From assembly GCA_041494445.1 (NCBI GenBank), contig JBGQAU010000004.1, positions 278-64,277 on the forward strand: a stretch of 64,000 nucleotides of DNA, in the 5' to 3' direction. Of this stretch, positions 20,007 to 29,056 are shown piece after piece. Within the stretch, counting starts at the first letter, position 1. Each line of letters begins with the position of its first letter. Position numbers and translations under genes: made by a program. The notes under the pieces were generated by a model that was not told where the DNA came from, made no database searches, and saw only the letters and a program-made list of their open reading frames with translations. This stretch comes from Acidobacteriota bacterium. Its GTDB lineage: Bacteria > Acidobacteriota > Polarisedimenticolia > Polarisedimenticolales > JAIQFR01.

Positions 20007-20795
20007 ATGGCGCGTCACAATAACCCCCCTTCGTTGGATCGGTTCGCATGGGCGGCCGAAGCCGTCGGCTGGCGCTATCGCACGGCCGGGCGTTTCGCGC
20101 AGGGCTTCGTGCGCGGCAAACTCCGTCATGATCCGGTGTACCGGGAACTCCTGAACATCGGCGTGCCACCAGAGGAAGGAGCGGTGTTGGACCTGGGCTG
20201 CGGGCGCGGAATCGCCGTCACGCTGCTGGCGACCGCTTTCCCCTTCGACGTGTCGTCGTGCGCTACAGATCTGACGCCGCCGCGTTGGGTGGGCATGGAA
20301 CGGCGCCCCTTCCATGCCGCGGTGGCGCGCGCGGCTCTGGGCGAAGAGGCGGAGATCAGCACCCAGGACGTGCTCGCCGCGACGCTTCCCCGCTCGCGTC
20401 TGATCCTCCTGATCGATGTGTTGCATTATCTCGGTCGTGACGAACAGGACCGCTTGCTCGAACGTGCGGCCGCGGCGTTGACGGACGGTGGTCTTCTGGT
20501 CATGCGGGAGACCGATGCTGATGGGGGCTGGCGCTATTGGATGACCGCCGCAGCCGAACGGCTCTCGGCATGGCTGCGCGGAGAATGGCACCAGGCTTAC
20601 CACTATCGTGGTCAGTCCGATTGGTCAACTCGGCTCCGGGGATTGGGCTTGGGCGTCGAAACGCGTCCGATGAGCGCCGGAACGCCGTTCGCCAACGTCC
20701 TGTTCGTTGCGCGGCGAGCCGCGGGGTCGGTTACGACGGTTCCGAGAGCGAGTCAGACACGCGCATCCTGCCCATCCGTTTCGGACCTGGGGTGA
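20007..20795 (+). CDS. Class I SAM-dependent methyltransferase (APE-cluster type)
   Basis: VLDLGCGRG is SAM-binding motif I. The N-terminal FVRGKLRHDPVY segment resembles, as I recall, methyltransferases of aryl-polyene clusters. Confidence 0.7.
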   Translation: MARHNNPPSLDRFAWAAEAVGWRYRTAGRFAQGFVRGKLRHDPVYRELLNIGVPPEEGAVLDLGCGRGIAVTLLATAFPFDVSSCATDLTPPRWVGMERRPFHAAVARAALGEEAEISTQDVLAATLPRSRLILLIDVLHYLGRDEQDRLLERAAAALTDGGLLVMRETDADGGWRYWMTAAAERLSAWLRGEWHQAYHYRGQSDWSTRLRGLGLGVETRPMSAGTPFANVLFVARRAAGSVTTVPRASQTRASCPSVSDLG

Positions 20796-20866
20796 ACCGA
20801 CTCTCATGTGGGGTGTCCAAGGCCGAGAACCGCCGCCGCGACAGCGGCGGATGCAATGGGCGCGCT

Positions 20867-22225
20867 CTAACGCTCGCCGGGGAGGGAGACGAGGGAGCGC
20901 AGAGCCTCGGCATCCACCTTGCCGCTTCCCATCGTGGGGAGCTCCTCGAGCACCCGGATCGTTCGCGGCACCTTGAACGGGGCGACCCGCTCCGTCAGGT
21001 GGCCTCGAATGCCCGACGCAGTGGCTTCCGCACCCGGGACGACCGTCACGAACAGCGCGACGGCGGGCTCGCCGTAGCGCCCGTAAGTGACGGCGTACGC
21101 CTGCTCGATGGCGGGGTGCGAGAGGGCGGCTCGCACGATCTCGCTGGTGGAGAATCGCCGTCCTCCCACCTTGACGATGGAATCGGCGCGCCCCAGGAGC
21201 AGAAAGCCGTCCCCCGCGGCCTCTGCGAGATCGTCGGTCCGGTGCCATGAATCGGGGTTCTCCTGCCACGGCGAGCGGATGGCGAGCCGCCCGTCGCCGG
21301 GTTCCACCTTCCACTCGAGGCCGGGGAGCGAGGTCCACGGGCCTTCGTCGTCGCGGGTCGCGATACCGCCCGTTTCGGTAGAGCCGTAGACCTGCCGAAT
21401 CCGCCGGCCCGCAAGGCTGGCGAAGCGCTTTCCGACATCCGCCGGCAAGGGGGCTCCTGAGCTCAGAAACGTGGTGGGCGGCAACGGCTCCCGGACGACC
21501 TCATTCATCAGCCGGTAGTGCGAGGGGACGCCGATGACGAGGTCGGGCCTCTGTTCGCGGATCCGCTCGACCCACGCGTGCGGGGTCGCGCCGCGGAGGA
21601 ACCCCGTGCGACCGCCGGTGGCCGCCGGCAGGTAGAGTCCGTAGATGTAACCCAGGATGTGGAACGGAGGAACAAGACAGAGAACCGTGCACGGCCGGGG
21701 GGAGCGCAGCCAGCCCTGTTCGACCTCGAACTCCCGCGCGAGCTGGTAGGCGCGCTTTACGGTACGCTTGGGTTCTCCCGTGGAGCCGGAGGTCAGGAAT
21801 GCGACCTCGGCCGAGTGCTCTGCCGGGAAGACCGCTTCAAGCGGCGCCGAGCCTCCCTCCCGGACACGGATCGTGGCGCTTCCCTCCGGCTCGTCGGCCG
21901 GGACGAGGACGGCGCCACGGCCACCGATGGCGTCGACACCCCGAGGCTCGGCCCGCGAGGCGGGATCGAGGAGGAGGGGCGCCCGACCGGTCTTCCACGC
22001 CCCGAGGAGCGACGCGATCACGAAAGCCGCGGAGTGCGATCGGACCGCGATCGAGTCCACACCCCCGGAGTGGACGGCGTGAGCGGCATCGGCGGCGAGG
22101 GCGAGTAGCCTTCCAACCGTCCAGGGTTCGCCGTTCTCTTCGAGAAAGACGCGCTCCCGATCCTCGGAGAAGGTGGCTGCGAGGGGAGGCCGGCGTGAGG
22201 CGCCGGCGCGGCTCTTCGGAGTCAT
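20867..22225 (-). CDS. AMP-dependent synthetase/ligase (aryl- or acyl-CoA/ACP ligase)
   Basis: FLTSGSTGEPKRTV and YGSTETG motifs are present. The start MTPKSRAG at 22225 overlaps the ammonia-lyase stop (ATGA). Confidence 0.85.
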   Translation of the reverse strand: MTPKSRAGASRRPPLAATFSEDRERVFLEENGEPWTVGRLLALAADAAHAVHSGGVDSIAVRSHSAAFVIASLLGAWKTGRAPLLLDPASRAEPRGVDAIGGRGAVLVPADEPEGSATIRVREGGSAPLEAVFPAEHSAEVAFLTSGSTGEPKRTVKRAYQLAREFEVEQGWLRSPRPCTVLCLVPPFHILGYIYGLYLPAATGGRTGFLRGATPHAWVERIREQRPDLVIGVPSHYRLMNEVVREPLPPTTFLSSGAPLPADVGKRFASLAGRRIRQVYGSTETGGIATRDDEGPWTSLPGLEWKVEPGDGRLAIRSPWQENPDSWHRTDDLAEAAGDGFLLLGRADSIVKVGGRRFSTSEIVRAALSHPAIEQAYAVTYGRYGEPAVALFVTVVPGAEATASGIRGHLTERVAPFKVPRTIRVLEELPTMGSGKVDAEALRSLVSLPGER

Positions 22226-23736
22226 CTCGAGCCGGTGCCGCTCTCGACCCACGCGGCGATCTGCGCGAGGTCCTCGTCCAGCCGCCGGTCGGCGCGGAGC
22301 ACGGGCGACAGGGAGCGAACGCTCCGCAGCAACAGGCGCCCCTCGCGCGAGAGGCGCGACTCGTCCCGGAGGTGCGCCGCGTTCGACAGCGCGATCAGCT
22401 CGCTGCCCAGCACTCGCGACACGAGCCCGACCACCTCGCTGGCGTTCACAGCGGCGTTGAGCCCCATGCTCACCTTGTCCTGGTTGGCACACTCGGTCGA
22501 GCGGGAGAGCGTGCTGTCCGGGGCCGACCTCTGTACGGCAAGGGACGTGAGGGCGCTGCAGGTGATCTGGAGGCCCTTGATGCCGCAGCCACCGTAAGGG
22601 ACGAGGGTCTCCGGCAGCCCCATGTTGTGTGGACTCTCCACGAGCAACGCGAACTGCCGATCCACGAGGTCCGCGATGGACGCGGCCGCGATCTTGATCA
22701 GGTCCATCGCCAGGGCCACATGGCCGCCGTAGAAGTTCCCGCCAAACAGGACGCCGTCGTCAGGGTCCACCAGAGGGTTGTCGTTGACGCTGTTCAGCTC
22801 GACTCCGAGCACCTGCCGCGTCCACGTCAGGGCGTCCCGCGTCGCGCCGAGCACCTGCGGGCTGCAGCGGATCGAGTATCGGTCCTGGACCGGGCGCCCC
22901 TCGACGCGGGGCGGGTCGAGGAGCCGGCTCCCGCGAAGCGCGGCTCGGATGTTCCTGGCGCTCGCGATCTGTCCGGGATGGGGCTTGACGGCATGTACGC
23001 GCGGATGGAACGCCTGGGACCGCCCGTAGAGCACCTCGGCCGCCAGGGCCGACGCCCGCTCCGCGACGCGCACGACCCGCTCGAGCCGCTCGACGGCGAG
23101 GAGGCCGAGGGCGGTCATGACGGACGTGCCGTTCATGATCGCCAGCGTCTCCTTCGGCACGAAGACAAAGGGCGTCAGCCCCGCGGCGCGCAGCGCCCGG
23201 CTTGCGAGAACGATCTTTCCGCGATGCCATGCCTCGCGCTCGCCGGCCAGCACCGCCGCGACGTACGAGAGGGGCGTCAGGTCTCCCGAGGCCCCCACGG
23301 AGCCGAGGCGAGGGATCGCGGGGACGACACCCCGGTTCAGCAGGTCGCGAATCGCCTCGAGCAAGGAGAACCGGACGGCCGAGTATCCCTTGGAGAGGGA
23401 CACCAGGCGCGCGAACAGGACGGCGCGCCCCTCGGCCTCCGACAACGGCTCGCCGGCGCCGCACCCGTGCTGCTCCATGATGGAGCGGGCGTAGGCGATC
23501 TGCTCGCGCGGGCCGACCGGCTGCGACGAGGCGTTCCCGACGCCCGTCGACACGCCGTAGACGCGCTCCCCCGCGCGAAGCGCGCACTCCAGCGTCACGC
23601 GCGACTGCCGGATCCGTCTCCGCCATCCGCGGCTGGACGCAAGCTCGACCCGGTCGCCGCGAAGGGCGACGCCGATCACGACGTCCGCCGACACCTCACG
23701 GCCGTCGACTCGCACGGCTCGGCGGCGCGATTTCAT
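22222..23736 (-). CDS. Aromatic amino acid ammonia-lyase (HAL/PAL/TAL family)
   Basis: GASGDLTPLSY carries the MIO-forming Ala-Ser-Gly. The start is chosen at MKSRRRAVRVDG, with AAGGA 8 nt upstream. Alternative ATGs lie at 23745 and 23757. Confidence 0.85.
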   Translation of the reverse strand: MKSRRRAVRVDGREVSADVVIGVALRGDRVELASSRGWRRRIRQSRVTLECALRAGERVYGVSTGVGNASSQPVGPREQIAYARSIMEQHGCGAGEPLSEAEGRAVLFARLVSLSKGYSAVRFSLLEAIRDLLNRGVVPAIPRLGSVGASGDLTPLSYVAAVLAGEREAWHRGKIVLASRALRAAGLTPFVFVPKETLAIMNGTSVMTALGLLAVERLERVVRVAERASALAAEVLYGRSQAFHPRVHAVKPHPGQIASARNIRAALRGSRLLDPPRVEGRPVQDRYSIRCSPQVLGATRDALTWTRQVLGVELNSVNDNPLVDPDDGVLFGGNFYGGHVALAMDLIKIAAASIADLVDRQFALLVESPHNMGLPETLVPYGGCGIKGLQITCSALTSLAVQRSAPDSTLSRSTECANQDKVSMGLNAAVNASEVVGLVSRVLGSELIALSNAAHLRDESRLSREGRLLLRSVRSLSPVLRADRRLDEDLAQIAAWVESGTGSR

Positions 23737-23941
23737 AATGCCCATCCTTGTCGTCATCCGAATCGAATCCGGGAGGAGGCTGCCGACAAACAATTTCCTT
23801 CACGGCGCGCGCCTCGACGCTTCCTCCCCAGACCGGTAGAACCGTAGCGGTTGACCGAGGAAGCGTCAAGGGCCCGGCTCGGCTTGTTTCCGCCGGATCG
23901 TCGGCGGAGCTCCGGCCCCGTACGGCTGCCGGGCGCCGGCT

Positions 23942-24367
23942 TCACGGGATCGTGGTGCTGATCGTCGCCTCGACGCGGCTCTCGCCCTCGAGGGTGACGA
24001 CGGCCTCATAAACGTTCAGCGGACCCGTCCGTTTCGCGAGGCGAACGGAGACCCGAAGGGGGCGGTCGACCGGCAGCACCTCCGCGTGGAAGACCGCGTC
24101 GCGTACGCCGACCAGGTACCCGATCCGGGGCGAAACCGCGCCTTCGGACTTGAGACGGGCCAGCGCCTCGACCGCTGCGGCTGCTTGGGCCGCGATCTCG
24201 AGGCCGACGAACGCGGGGGCGCTTCCCTCGGAAGCGAAGGGATTGTTCGCGGGAATCCGGGCGCGGCAGACCAGACGGTCCTCCAGGATCTCCTCGACCG
24301 CTTCCAGGAGCCGCGTGGGGCCCCGGTGGGGAAGGAGGTTCTCGAGGTCGGGTTGCACTGCGGCCAT
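23942..24367 (-). CDS. Hotdog-fold 3-hydroxyacyl-ACP dehydratase (APE-type)
   Basis: It has an LLPHRGPTRLL motif and a 141-aa hotdog-size protein. Confidence 0.65.
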   Translation of the reverse strand: MAAVQPDLENLLPHRGPTRLLEAVEEILEDRLVCRARIPANNPFASEGSAPAFVGLEIAAQAAAAVEALARLKSEGAVSPRIGYLVGVRDAVFHAEVLPVDRPLRVSVRLAKRTGPLNVYEAVVTLEGESRVEATISTTIP

Positions 24368-24371
24368 GGCG

Positions 24372-24716
24372 TCACTTGCCTCCCATCACGACGAGGAATC
24401 CGCTGCTCATCCATTCCTCGCCACGGCGGATGTCGAAGGAGATACTCCCGTCCGCGGCGGGCCGGCTGATCGAAACGTCGAGAACGTCGCCAGGCGCGAC
24501 CGGGCGCCGCAGGCGGAGGAAAGGAACGGCCGAGATCGAAGCCTCACGGCCCGTCACCGCGGCGAGCGCCTGCGCGGCGACCGCCAAATGCGCGATCGCC
24601 GGCAGCACCGGTCGGCCTGGGAAATGCCCGTCGAAGACCGGGTGCTCTCCGGGGATCGAGATTCGGCAGCTCCACCCGTCCGGCGTCGTCGAGCACGCAA
24701 GAAGCGGAAAATTCAT
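24372..24716 (-). CDS. FabZ/FabA-like hotdog dehydratase
   Basis: It has an HFPGRPVLPAI motif and is 114 aa from MNFPLLAC at 24716. Confidence 0.65.
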   Translation of the reverse strand: MNFPLLACSTTPDGWSCRISIPGEHPVFDGHFPGRPVLPAIAHLAVAAQALAAVTGREASISAVPFLRLRRPVAPGDVLDVSISRPAADGSISFDIRRGEEWMSSGFLVVMGGK

Positions 24717-24901
24717 CCGCGCGCCGCCTCCCGGCAAACTACGCCGTGTTCGCCCTCTCGCCGCGGGCCTTCGCGAATCGCCAGACCAAGAACAGGTCGC
24801 GGAGAGCCCAAGAACCGCAGTGATTCTGCCACGGCTCCATGAAATGGTCACCGTCGATCGAACCGCGCCTTCCGCCGATGAGCGATCCGCCGACGGGTCC
24901 G

Positions 24902-24921
24902 GGTAGGGTTTTACCCCATGG
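24902..24921 (+). promoter_or_regulatory. Conserved inverted-repeat motif, site 1 (GGTAGGGTTTTACCCCATGG)
   Basis: It lies 47 nt upstream of the PLC-like gene ATG. The 22-mer 24901-24922 is identical to site 2 in inverted orientation. Confidence 0.6.
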
Positions 24922-24968
24922 ATTGCGTTCGGCTCGCCGCGTACCTTGCAAGAGAAAAGGAGTGAAAC

Positions 24969-26246
24969 ATGCCTGGGACTGTCCGCGCGGCGGCAGTTCT
25001 TCTCGTCGTGCTCATGGGCAGCGGCGGTGCGTTCGCGTACTCCGTTCTGACGCACGAGGAAATCGTAGACCTGGTCTGGGCCGACTCGTTTCAACCCCTC
25101 CTGCTCAAGCGATATCCGGGATTGTCGGAAGACCAGATCAAGGAGGCGCACGCCTACGCGTACGGAGGCGCCGTCATCCAGGATCTCGGCTACTACCCAT
25201 TCGGTAGCAGAGGATTCAGCGACTTGCTGCATTACGTCCGCAGCGGAGACTTCGTTCGCGAGCTGTTGCTCGAAAGCCAGGACGTCAACGAGTACGCCTT
25301 CGCGCTGGGCTCACTGTCGCACTATGCGTCGGACATCGCCGGTCACCCGGCGGTCAACCATGCCGTCGCGATCGCGTATCCGAAGCTACGAGCGGAGTTT
25401 GGCGAGTCCGTTCGGTACGCCCAGAACAAGAAGGCGCATTTGAAAACGGAGTTCGGGTTCGACACGGTGCAGGTCGCGAAGAACCGTTATGCGTCGAAGC
25501 AGTACCACGACTTCATCGGGTTCCGAGTGGCCAAGTCCCTGCTGGAGCGGGTCTTCCCGGTTGTGTACGGCATGGAGTTGAAAGAGGTGCTTACCCACGA
25601 GGATCTGGCAGTCGGTTCGTATCGTTTCGCTGTCAGCCGTCTCATTCCGCAAATGACCCAAGTCGCGCTGCGAGCCCACAAGAAGGATCTGATGCGCGAA
25701 ACCCCGAACTTCGCGAAACAGAAGTTCCTGTTCCGTCTTTCGCGCTCTGATTATGAGAAGGAGTGGGGAAAGGACTACGTGAAGCCGGGCTTGGGCACGC
25801 GCTTCTTGTCAGCACTCCTGCGATTCGTGCCGAAAATCGGTCCCTTCAAGAAATTGAGGTTCAACAGCCCGACCGCGGAAACAGAAGACCTGTACATCAA
25901 GAGCATCAATGCAACCGTCGATCAGTACCGGGCCTTTCTCGAGGCAGTGCGCACGGACACACTGGTGCTGCCCAACTACGATCTGGATAGCGGCCACGCG
26001 ACCAAGGCAGCGGAATACTCCCTCACGGACGACGCGTACGCACAGTTGCTGGCCCAGTTAGCGGAACGGAAATTCGATCTGACGTCGCCGGAGCTGCGCG
26101 ACGACATCCTGAAGTTCTACTCCGACCTCTCTGCTCCGATCGAGACGAAAAAGGACCGGGTTCGCTGGCAGGGCATGATGACGTCGCTGGACCTGTTGAT
26201 TTGCGTGGAGCCGGCGCCGACCGTGGCGGGCAGCGCTGCACGGTGA
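24969..26246 (+). CDS. Secreted zinc-dependent phospholipase C-like protein
   Basis: It has a signal peptide (AAVLLVVLMGSGGAFA) and an N-terminal YSVLTHEEI...DLGYYPFG...HYASDIAGHP histidine pattern. The family call is from memory. Confidence 0.5.
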   Translation: MPGTVRAAAVLLVVLMGSGGAFAYSVLTHEEIVDLVWADSFQPLLLKRYPGLSEDQIKEAHAYAYGGAVIQDLGYYPFGSRGFSDLLHYVRSGDFVRELLLESQDVNEYAFALGSLSHYASDIAGHPAVNHAVAIAYPKLRAEFGESVRYAQNKKAHLKTEFGFDTVQVAKNRYASKQYHDFIGFRVAKSLLERVFPVVYGMELKEVLTHEDLAVGSYRFAVSRLIPQMTQVALRAHKKDLMRETPNFAKQKFLFRLSRSDYEKEWGKDYVKPGLGTRFLSALLRFVPKIGPFKKLRFNSPTAETEDLYIKSINATVDQYRAFLEAVRTDTLVLPNYDLDSGHATKAAEYSLTDDAYAQLLAQLAERKFDLTSPELRDDILKFYSDLSAPIETKKDRVRWQGMMTSLDLLICVEPAPTVAGSAAR

Positions 26247-26599
26247 TCACCCATGCGCTTCCGCTGCAGGCCGTTCCTTTCCTGAGCGATTGGAACAACA
26301 CGGTAGGTCGTTCGGTCGTCCCGCGCGCGACTCTCGAAATTCGGAATAGCCTGTGAACCTCGTCATCGTCGGCCGGAACTCGCGTGAACACCATGGGGTG
26401 CTCGCGCCGGGCGGCGGTCCGGCCACCGGGATTCCCTGGGCCTCGATGCTGGCTGAAGACCCTACGGTCGCCCTAGAGTGGCTCCGGACGTCACTGGAGG
26501 CCGGAGAAGCCGATCTCGAGCTCGACACGCCGGCTGCGGAGGTTGGCTTGAACTCGAGAATTGTCGTACTCTAACGTGTCCATCAGAGGGTGCCCTCCA

Positions 26600-28345
26600 A
26601 TGAAGAACAAGGGTCCCAAATCCACTTTCCCCGCCCGTCGTCTGCCCAAGTGTCCCACGGGCATCCAGGGTCTCGACGAGATCACGAATGGCGGATTGCC
26701 GCGTGGGCGGCCCACGCTGGTGTGCGGCGGCGCGGGCTGCGGCAAGACGCTGTTCGCAGCGGAATTCCTCGTGCGCGGCGCGGTGCAGTTCGGCGAGCCG
26801 GGCGTTTTCATGTCCTTCGAGGAGACGGAAGCCGAGTTGAAGGGCAACGTCGCGTTGCTCGGATTCGATTTGGCGGGCCTGGTTCGTCGCAAGAAAATGC
26901 TCCTCGACCACGTTTACATCGAGCGCAGTGAAATCCAGGAGACCGGCGAGTATGACCTCGAAGGGTTGTTCGTTCGGCTGAATCACGCGATCGGTTCCAT
27001 CGGCGCCAAGCGCGTGGTGCTGGACACGCTCGAAGCGCTGTTCGCCGGCCTGCCCAACGAAGCCATCTTGCGCGCCGAGTTGCGCCGGCTGTTTCGCTGG
27101 CTCAAGAACAAGGGCGTGACGGCGGTCATCACGGCCGAGCGCGGTCACGAACACCTGACGCGCCACGGGCTGGAGGAATACGTATCCGACTGCGTCATCG
27201 TGCTCGACCATCGGATCAATGAGCAGATTGCCACGCGGCATCTGCGGGTGGTGAAATATCGCGGCTCGCCGCATGGCACCAACGAATATCCCTTCCTCAT
27301 CGGTGACGACGGCATCAGCGTGTTGCCCATCACGTCGCTGGGGTTGAATCACGCGGCGTCAAGCAAACGGATTTCCACCGGCATCCCGCGGCTCGACGCG
27401 ATGTTGGGCGGTCGGGGCTTTTTTCGCGGCAGCAGCATTCTGCTCACAGGCACGCCCGGCACCGGCAAGACCAGCGCCGCCGCATTCTTTGCCCAAGCCG
27501 CCGCCCGGCGCGGTGAGCGCGCGCTCTACTTCGCGTTCGAGGAGTCACCCAGCCAGATCATGCGCAACATGCAGTCCATCGATTTGCGCCTTGAACCTTG
27601 GATAAGGCGCGACTTGCTGCGGTTTCACTCGGCGCGGCCGACGCTCTACGGCCTAGAAATGCACCTGGCGATCATGTTCAAGGAGATCTTCACGTTCAAG
27701 CCCGCCGTCGTCGTCGTGGACCCGATGACCAGCCTGCTGGTCGCGGGCAGTGAATCCGAGACCAAGGCGATGGTGACGCGGCTGATCGATTTCTTGAAGA
27801 GTCAACAAATCACTTCGCTCTTCACCAGTCTCACGCACGCCGGCAACCCGCTGCAGCAAAGTGAAATCGCCATCTCCTCGCTCATGGATTCCTGGCTGCT
27901 GTTGCAGGACATCGAGGGCAACGGTGAGCGCAATCGCGTTCTCTACGTGCTCAAAGCGCGCGGCATGGCGCACTCGAACCAGAGCCGCGAGTTCCTGATT
28001 TCGGACCGTGGCATTGACCTGGTGGACGCTTACGTCGGTCCAGGCGGCGTGTTGACAGGCGCGGCCCGCGCGGCGCAAACCGCCCGCGACAAAGCCGGAG
28101 CGCTCGCCAGCCAACAGGAGACCGCCCGCCGGCAGCGCGATTTGGAGCGCAAACGCGCCGCCCTCGAGCGTCAAATCGCCGCGCTACGCTCCGAGTATGA
28201 CGCCGAGGAAGAGGAACTCCGGCGCTTGGACGAAGAGGTCGCTAGGCGAACCCGCGCGGTGACCACCGAGCGGACGGAATTGGCCCGCTTGCGCCATGCG
28301 GATGCCACGGTGGCGTCCCGCGCGCGGGGCAAACCCAGACCCTAG
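26600..28345 (+). CDS. kaiC: KaiC homolog with long C-terminal coiled-coil extension
   Basis: It has two RecA-like halves with Walker A motifs GGAGCGKT and GTPGTGKTS. ISSL sits at the position of the cyanobacterial phosphosite pair. A heptad-like, charged tail of about 100 aa (RRQRDLERKRAALERQIAALRSEYDAEEEELRRLDEEV...) follows. An alternative TTG start lies at 26561. Confidence 0.85.
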   Translation: MKNKGPKSTFPARRLPKCPTGIQGLDEITNGGLPRGRPTLVCGGAGCGKTLFAAEFLVRGAVQFGEPGVFMSFEETEAELKGNVALLGFDLAGLVRRKKMLLDHVYIERSEIQETGEYDLEGLFVRLNHAIGSIGAKRVVLDTLEALFAGLPNEAILRAELRRLFRWLKNKGVTAVITAERGHEHLTRHGLEEYVSDCVIVLDHRINEQIATRHLRVVKYRGSPHGTNEYPFLIGDDGISVLPITSLGLNHAASSKRISTGIPRLDAMLGGRGFFRGSSILLTGTPGTGKTSAAAFFAQAAARRGERALYFAFEESPSQIMRNMQSIDLRLEPWIRRDLLRFHSARPTLYGLEMHLAIMFKEIFTFKPAVVVVDPMTSLLVAGSESETKAMVTRLIDFLKSQQITSLFTSLTHAGNPLQQSEIAISSLMDSWLLLQDIEGNGERNRVLYVLKARGMAHSNQSREFLISDRGIDLVDAYVGPGGVLTGAARAAQTARDKAGALASQQETARRQRDLERKRAALERQIAALRSEYDAEEEELRRLDEEVARRTRAVTTERTELARLRHADATVASRARGKPRP

Positions 28346-28357
28346 GAGAGAATATTG

Positions 28358-28687
28358 ATGAAAACCAAAACGGGGAAACGACGCAAATCCGACTCCACTG
28401 GCGTGCCAACCAATACCTGGAAATTGCGTCTTTACGTAGCCGGGCAGACGCCCAGATCGATGACGGCTTTCGCGAACCTGAAAGAGATCTGCGAAAACCA
28501 CCTCAAGAACCGTTATAGCATCGAGGTCATCGACCTGATGAAGCAGCCGCATCTTTCCAAAGGCGACCAAATCCTGGCCATTCCCACGCTCGTGCGCAAG
28601 CTGCCACCGCCCGTGCGGAAGATCATTGGCGACCTGTCCGACACCGAGCGCGTGCTCGTCGGATTGGATTTGCGCGCCACCGAATGA
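28358..28687 (+). CDS. kaiB: KaiB homolog 1
   Basis: [12 protein letters not shown]...[34 protein letters not shown] is close to canonical KaiB. Confidence 0.85.
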   Translation: MKTKTGKRRKSDSTGVPTNTWKLRLYVAGQTPRSMTAFANLKEICENHLKNRYSIEVIDLMKQPHLSKGDQILAIPTLVRKLPPPVRKIIGDLSDTERVLVGLDLRATE

Positions 28688-28702
28688 CCGAAGCGAGAGT
28701 CG

Positions 28703-29056
28703 GTGAGAAGAACCAATACGCACCGCGCGACCAAGGCCTTTGAAAAGGCCCTGGCCACCCGACCCACGGGCAACTACGTCCTGCGACTGTACGTGGCGGG
28801 GGCCACCGACAGATCGCGCCGGGCCGTCCTGCGCGCCCGTCAGCTGTGCGAAACCGAACTGAAAGGCACTTGCGAGCTGGAAGTGATCGACGTCTATCAG
28901 CAGCCCATCCTGGCGCGCGACGGCCAGATCGTGGCGACCCCGACACTCGTCAAGGAATTCCCGCCGCCGGTGCGCCGGCTCATTGGCGACCTGGCGAACA
29001 CCACCCGGCTTTTTGTCGGGTTGGATTTGGACACGAAAGGTAAGGCCAGGCGGTGA
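28703..29056 (+). CDS. kaiB: KaiB homolog 2 (tandem paralog)
   Basis: LRLYVAGATDRS...IVATPTLVKEFPPPVRRLIGDLANTTRLFVGLDL matches KaiB. Its stop overlaps the GTG start of the downstream kinase. Confidence 0.8.
   Translation: MRRTNTHRATKAFEKALATRPTGNYVLRLYVAGATDRSRRAVLRARQLCETELKGTCELEVIDVYQQPILARDGQIVATPTLVKEFPPPVRRLIGDLANTTRLFVGLDLDTKGKARR

Noticed and set aside
26391-26466. A possible split copy of the motif upstream of kaiC: CCATGGGGT at about 26391-26399 and ACCCTACGG at about 26458-26466, same orientation, about 58 nt apart.
   Set aside because: The two halves are too far apart to form the dyad. Their orientation points away from kaiC toward the 3' end of the PLC-like gene. Two 9-mers could match by chance in GC-rich DNA.
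26247-26560. A search for a kaiA-like gene or other small ORF in the 314-nt gap upstream of kaiC.
   Set aside because: The only ORFs there (e.g. 26353..26574 +, 26247..26528 -) have non-coding-like composition and no KaiA features. The gap is better treated as the kaiC promoter/leader region.
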